Shown: positions 7,538 through 12,015 of the stretch, piece by piece
How positions within the stretch are numbered: the stretch's first letter is position 1
Layout: the number at the start of each line of letters is the position of its first letter
The notes under the pieces: generated by a model
Told to the model about the DNA's origin: nothing
What the model saw: the letters and a program-made list of their open reading frames with translations, nothing else
The model's database searches: none
Program-made: the position numbers and the translations under genes
From: Bdellovibrionia bacterium
Lineage (GTDB): Bacteria > Bdellovibrionota > UBA1018
Assembly (NCBI GenBank): GCA_049424145.1
Contig: JBMSSC010000088.1
Location: forward strand, 1 to 12,015
Reading direction: 5' to 3'
DNA: 12,015 nt

Positions 7538-7811
7538 ACGCTCGTTTTTCTTCACTTTCGTTCGGTCAACCCTCTGAAACATGACCGTGAAGATTAAGAT
7601 TGAGAAAACCCGGGCTCAAAATAAGGAGTATTGTCCTGGGCGCTGTTGGACCCTTTTTGGGATACCCAAATCAGCGTCAGTCAGCCTCATCCATGGTTGA
7701 CGGAGGGTGCATCCCTAGGGTTTGCTCAATGCACCGATTTCGGTCTTCCTCTGAATCTGACCTTCAAGGTCAGAGGAGCGGACTGAGGGGAGCATGAGAA
7801 AAGCACTCAGC

Positions 7812-8867
7812 CTATTTTTGTAGTGCACTCCACTCGGGGTGCCCTAGGGATCCCTTGAGTGAAAAAAGATACGACTGCCGAGCAGGCTGATAGGCTTGAC
7901 TGAAGTCAGAGGGGAATCCCGTCTCTTCAAGCTGAGTTTGAGCGGGAAAACGGATTTTTCCCCTGAGTCTCCATCCACTCTCGCCGTAAGGAATATGGGG
8001 TAAAAGAATCTCTCCATTCAGAAGGATGGAGAAGGATCTAAGCTCTGTTTTCTCAGGTAATGAGGCGGGCTCTCTTTCGAGCTCAGACCCTAGGAGAATA
8101 GGCTTTCTGAGCAGGATACGGTAATCTCTGAGGTCTAAGATGCCCCCTCCCCCTTGGGCAATGAATTTGCCATTTAAAAGGAGTCTTTGGAAATCCACTT
8201 GGGCTTCTCCTTTAAAACCTCCCGTCAGCGTGGGATCGATCACCACGAGTCCCTGGCTTGCAAAGCTCCCTGAAAACTTTGGACCCTCGATTTTTGCAAC
8301 CTCAGGCATGCACTCTGTGTCCCAGTGATCAGCCTTCCATTCGACTCGCCAGGTCATCTCCCCGTGACGTGAGATCTTGGTCTCTAAACTCCGCTTTCCG
8401 CAGAGGATTTGTATCTCAGCTTGAAGCCCATCTTCTAAAGAAGAAAGCAAAATCTGATCCGAGATTAAAACTGTTTTTTTTAAAGTTCCGGCTTCAATGC
8501 GAGCCTGGGTCCACTGGCATTTGTCTCTCTCGATGACCTGGGCTAAATGAGAGTTGTGGGTCTGGAGTGATAACCCCAAGGGGCGCAAGAGGGATTGAAT
8601 CGTCTCCTCACATATTGAAGCTTGATTCAGAGGTGCGCTAAGAACTTGGACTCGGTTTCCGTTTGAGGTGAGCTCAGAGAGAGGAGTCGTGCGAGCCGAG
8701 TCTAAAGATTTACTCTTTTTGTTCCATATAAAAAAACACACACCAAGGATTAAACTCCCAAGCAGTAACATAAATCGGATTCTTGAAAGCAGGATTTGAA
8801 GTCGATTTTTTGCCAGGTTTTTTGATGGATCACCCACCTGGCTGTTTCCTGGGGTTGTTTTGTTCAT
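7812..8867 (-). CDS. Hypothetical single-pass membrane-anchored beta-rich protein; C-terminus resembles type II secretion protein GspN
   Basis: 351-aa ORF with AAGGA 9 nt before the ATG. One N-terminal TM (FMLLLGSLILGVCFFIW) is followed by a Gly/hydrophobic alternating beta pattern, ending YLFSLKGSLGHPEW. The CDS is likely real; the GspN resemblance is by eye only. Confidence 0.6.
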   Translation of the reverse strand: MNKTTPGNSQVGDPSKNLAKNRLQILLSRIRFMLLLGSLILGVCFFIWNKKSKSLDSARTTPLSELTSNGNRVQVLSAPLNQASICEETIQSLLRPLGLSLQTHNSHLAQVIERDKCQWTQARIEAGTLKKTVLISDQILLSSLEDGLQAEIQILCGKRSLETKISRHGEMTWRVEWKADHWDTECMPEVAKIEGPKFSGSFASQGLVVIDPTLTGGFKGEAQVDFQRLLLNGKFIAQGGGGILDLRDYRILLRKPILLGSELEREPASLPEKTELRSFSILLNGEILLPHIPYGESGWRLRGKIRFPAQTQLEETGFPSDFSQAYQPARQSYLFSLKGSLGHPEWSALQK

Positions 8868-8975
8868 GGTGTGGGGTCCTTAGTGAGTTCTTCGTTTCAT
8901 TTGATGGTGTTGTACGATGATTTAATTCTCTTGTTATTTTAATTTAAAGATCGATATATCATTTAGATTAAAAAA

Positions 8976-9005
8976 ATCCTAGCAAAGCTATCTTTTGAGA
9001 GTCAA
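8976..9005 (-). promoter_or_regulatory. Putative sigma70-type promoter for the 8867 gene
   Basis: On the minus strand: TTGACT (9005-9000), an 18-nt spacer, then TAGGAT (8981-8976) preceded by TG-n (extended -10). It lies about 110 nt upstream of the ATG. Confidence 0.5.
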
Positions 9006-9028
9006 TCAGATTTTAAAAGCATAAGCAG

Positions 9029-12015
9029 TTATTGCGATTGGATCACAAAATGGGTAGAAGTGTGCACCCCCACTGCGGATCCACCTGAAGCTTGATTGTA
9101 AGTGGGGTAGACTCGGTAACTTGTACCTGGATTTGAGCAGGCTCCTGCTGCGGTTCTTTGTAAGGTCAGTCCAGTGGAAGCGGAGCTCCACAGGAGGTCA
9201 CTGCTGAGTAAGTCCGTTATCGCAGTTCCTGTGTCTGAGTCTGATGTGGTATCTCCTGTCGAAGAAGAGCTAATCGATAACGTACTTCCAGCTGTACTGA
9301 GCCGGGCAACGGTTTCTTGGAGGACTGTCGGATTTCGGAATTGGTTAATATCAATTACAGCTCGTGAGAAGGTGTCGGAGTAATTCGTTCCTTGCGTAAG
9401 TGAGCCTTTGTATCGCCCAATTTGATAATAGACTTCAGCGGAAGTCAGAGGATTTACGGTGGCCCAGAGTCCTGCTTTATAAATTGATGCGTTAGTGTTT
9501 CCAGATCGACTAACTTTTACTGTGAGATTGACATTTGGCGTGACAGCTGAGTCCAAGGCAGTGCTTGACTTAAGTGCGATTGCAGTACCATCACCAGCTA
9601 GAGTGCCCACGGTAGTCGTGGCAACCGCCGTGGTTCCATTGTAAAGTCCAGTAATAATTCCTCGATTAGCTTGCGAAGCAGAACTTTGAGTTACCGATTC
9701 AAATGCCCAAGTGGGTGGGGTAGTGCTGATTCCATTTGAATTCCAAGAGGCTGCTATTTTTTTCCATATTGAATAATAGTCAGTGTTTCCGATCTGACCG
9801 GGTGAGTTTGGTGCCGTTGTAGCTGGAATCAGAGCCGTTGTGTTTGTTGTGAATGCAACACTTCCATCAGTAGGTCCAGAAAGAAGTGGGATATAGATTT
9901 TTGTCTTCGTGGCGGCTGTTTGTGTGACTAGGACTCGAGCAGAGTAACAGGTGAATTCTCTTCCAGTGGTAGTGAGATTGTCCGACTTAAGAACATAACT
10001 AGATGAGTCGATCGGTTGATTGCTAAATACGGAGGAGAACCGCTTAGCTGTGCTAGTCCCTGCGGGTATACTGACAGAAGCGTAGGTGGTTCCTCCACTC
10101 AGAAGGCTTAAATTCTTGGCGGCAGTATCTGTGTTGATACAAGTTGCTTCCAAACTGAATGCATTCTTAGGAGTTGCTCCGAGTCCGTCATAAGCCGAAT
10201 AAGTAATGGTGGCAGGTAGTTGACTCCAGGTGATTCCCCCTGCTGTGGTTGTGGTTTGTTTAATTGCCATAGGCAGAAGCTCAATCGGCACTTGGATATT
10301 GTAGTTTGAACTGACACTAACTGGACTTGCACTGTTTTTGGCGACTGGGTTCGTGATGCTCAGTGTCTTCGATTCGGCTACTTTCGTTGTAAACGTACAG
10401 AAAGATATTCCGCTTGAATTTGTCGCGGTGCAGGCGTTGTAGCGATTCGTTCCTGCGTTGTCGGTTGCACTGAATTGGGGAATAACATCTACAAGAGGGT
10501 TGTTGCTGGTGTTTTTAAGAGTGATAGTGACCGGTATGAGTATGGATCCATCGTTATAGAACGGCCCCGCACTATAATTGGGGTGTCCGTCTCCCGCTCC
10601 TGCAATTGCAATGGTCGAGTTTGCTGCGCTCGCTTGGAGGTCAACAAACGTGACACTTGTGGTTCCTGCAAGTGTAGGAGAGGTTAAAGTGAAGCTCAAG
10701 GTTTTAGTCCCTGCGACTGTGCTTGAGATCCTCCCTGTGATCTGGCCAAGAGCGTTTGTTGTATTGGTCGTCATTCCAATTGTATTTCCAGTTCCAGTTG
10801 CGGCAAAAGCTAGGGCAGGACTTGGGGTAAATCCTGGGATGGGGTTTCCATATTGATCTCGATAGGTCAGTGTCACGATTGAACTAATTGATCCGGTCTG
10901 TACGTTTGTCGAGGGGTTTGCCTCTATGGTCGACTGAGAGGAGTTTGGAGTGGTGAGTGCCGTGAAAGTGGCTGTTGCTTCCATTCCAACGGCCGATGCA
11001 GGAGCTGAAATTGCTACAGGGATCGTTTGTGCTGACGTTGTGGTGATGGTGGTGCATGCGGTTCCCGTCCCGTCTGTGGTGATCGAGCTGTTTCCGAAGG
11101 TAACTCCTGAGGCAGAGCTTCCCAGAGTAATGAGGGTTCCTGAGCAGGCAGTAGCTGGAGCGCTTAGGATGATGACTCGGACTTTGAGATTTGATCCGAC
11201 AGACGTTGACGTAGCGGTTGAAATAGTCGCTGCCGCGCAAGTGTCGGCTGCTCCTAGAATATCGATTGTGCTATTGGCTGTGTCAACGACACAAGTGACG
11301 TTTAGAGTTGTAGAGACGCTGGTCATTCCAGTAGGTGTGCTAATCGAGAGACTATGAGAGCCTGGGGTGTTCGATCGAATCGTAGCCGTGGTTTGTCCCG
11401 ATGAATTCGTATTGCCAAAGGCAGAGATTGTACTGCTGAGAGAGTCACTGACAGCAACGCCTATTCCAGAGATCGGGTTGTTGTTTGCATCTTTGAGAGT
11501 CACAGTGATAGTCGACGTACTAATGTTATCCCCATCTAGTGTTGAGGGGCTGAGGGTAATTGTCGAAGTTGCAGTCGATGGAGGTCCCGCTGTTACTGTT
11601 AAGGTCGGAAGTGTGCTAGTGAGCGCACTAGAGCTTATGCTTGCACTGAGGGTGGTTGCTGTTCCAGCTAAGACCCCAGTAAAGGTGTTGGTGTAATTCC
11701 CTGATCCAGCGTTGGTGATGGATCCACCGAAGGTTCCTGTGCTCACTCCGGCACCAGTGCTTGCTGAGAAAGAGATCGTACCTGTATTGAGGGTAGAGAT
11801 GAGGTTGTTATTTGCGTCTCGGGCAGTCAAAGTCACAGTGACATTTGAGCCGGAGCTCACTGTTCCGGCTGATACCGCAAGCGTTGAGTTACTGAGACTA
11901 ATTGAGCCGGGGGTTGCTGTAATGGCTGTGCTTCCACAGAGGGTGAGAGATCCAGAGGTATATTTTAAGTAAATCGTATCCACTTTGTTGTAGCTTAAGG
12001 ATGTGAAAGTAGCGA
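9029..12015 (-). CDS. Large invasin/intimin-like surface protein with tandem bacterial Ig-like (Big-1/invasin D3-type) domains; 5'-truncated by the window edge
   Basis: The frame is open upstream of the GTG at 11983 to the window end (ATFTSLSYNKVDTIYLKY), so the true start is outside. About five ~100-aa repeats carry S-T-[IL]...VT[LV]xxxDxxxNP-type motifs (TLTARDANNNLI, VTLKDANNNPISG, LTYRDQYGNPIPG, ITLKNTSNNPLVD). It is very Thr/Ser-rich and ends in a distinct ~420-aa C-terminal region. Confidence 0.9.
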   Translation of the reverse strand, partial: ATFTSLSYNKVDTIYLKYTSGSLTLCGSTAITATPGSISLSNSTLAVSAGTVSSGSNVTVTLTARDANNNLISTLNTGTISFSASTGAGVSTGTFGGSITNAGSGNYTNTFTGVLAGTATTLSASISSSALTSTLPTLTVTAGPPSTATSTITLSPSTLDGDNISTSTITVTLKDANNNPISGIGVAVSDSLSSTISAFGNTNSSGQTTATIRSNTPGSHSLSISTPTGMTSVSTTLNVTCVVDTANSTIDILGAADTCAAATISTATSTSVGSNLKVRVIILSAPATACSGTLITLGSSASGVTFGNSSITTDGTGTACTTITTTSAQTIPVAISAPASAVGMEATATFTALTTPNSSQSTIEANPSTNVQTGSISSIVTLTYRDQYGNPIPGFTPSPALAFAATGTGNTIGMTTNTTNALGQITGRISSTVAGTKTLSFTLTSPTLAGTTSVTFVDLQASAANSTIAIAGAGDGHPNYSAGPFYNDGSILIPVTITLKNTSNNPLVDVIPQFSATDNAGTNRYNACTATNSSGISFCTFTTKVAESKTLSITNPVAKNSASPVSVSSNYNIQVPIELLPMAIKQTTTTAGGITWSQLPATITYSAYDGLGATPKNAFSLEATCINTDTAAKNLSLLSGGTTYASVSIPAGTSTAKRFSSVFSNQPIDSSSYVLKSDNLTTTGREFTCYSARVLVTQTAATKTKIYIPLLSGPTDGSVAFTTNTTALIPATTAPNSPGQIGNTDYYSIWKKIAASWNSNGISTTPPTWAFESVTQSSASQANRGIITGLYNGTTAVATTTVGTLAGDGTAIALKSSTALDSAVTPNVNLTVKVSRSGNTNASIYKAGLWATVNPLTSAEVYYQIGRYKGSLTQGTNYSDTFSRAVIDINQFRNPTVLQETVARLSTAGSTLSISSSSTGDTTSDSDTGTAITDLLSSDLLWSSASTGLTLQRTAAGACSNPGTSYRVYPTYNQASGGSAVGVHTSTHFVIQSQ

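Noticed and set aside
7680..7745. Superficial resemblance to SAM-I (CTCATC...GGAGGG) and, on the minus strand, c-di-GMP-I (GCAAACC...GGGATGCA) riboswitches
   Set aside because: Core elements are missing (AGAG and GCAACC for SAM-I; the GNRA-capped stem and GCAAAG for c-di-GMP-I), and the site is downstream of both flanking genes.
7600..7797. 65-aa plus-strand ORF, and a strong SD-like TAAGGAG at 7622-7628
   Set aside because: The ORF has a TTG start without an SD and no recognisable protein. The TAAGGAG is only 2 nt from the nearest TTG, too close for normal initiation.
9174..11972. Several plus-strand Val/Ala-rich ORFs and short alternative-frame minus ORFs over the adhesin
   Set aside because: These are antisense or frame shadows of a Thr/Ser/Ala-rich gene, with no motifs of their own.
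11981..11983. GTG at 11983 as the adhesin start
   Set aside because: The frame stays open to the window end, no signal peptide follows, and the sequence is mid-domain.
1..12015. CRISPR array, tRNA/rRNA, transposase/integrase or defence system
   Set aside because: I recognised no regularly spaced repeats, cloverleaf or rRNA signatures, or recombinase/nuclease motifs by eye.

Overview
Bacterial chromosomal window with nine credible CDSs in mixed orientation. I recognised no mobile element, CRISPR array, rRNA or tRNA. In order: an ISC/adrenodoxin-type [2Fe-2S] ferredoxin (-), a classical SDR (+), a TMTC-like GT-C membrane glycosyltransferase with TPRs (-), a SapM/AcpA-type phosphoesterase (+), a Cys-rich Ser/Thr-rich lipoprotein of unknown function (-), a coupled GNAT acetyltransferase plus EamA/DMT transporter pair (+), a membrane-anchored beta-rich protein with a possibly GspN-like C-terminus (-), and the 3' ~3 kb of a large invasin-like Ig-repeat surface protein (-) that runs off the right edge. 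The gene style suggests a Bdellovibrionota/deltaproteobacteria-like organism, which is inference only. The most interesting signals are: (1) the adhesin's C-terminal ~420 aa appears to be three degenerate tandem copies of an unrecognised ~140-aa beta domain; (2) a TMTC-like O-glycosyltransferase lies near two Ser/Thr-rich surface proteins; (3) a hairpin-dense 274-bp gap separates two convergent genes; (4) a 21-T tract lies in a divergent promoter region. All family calls come from motifs read by eye; no searches were run.
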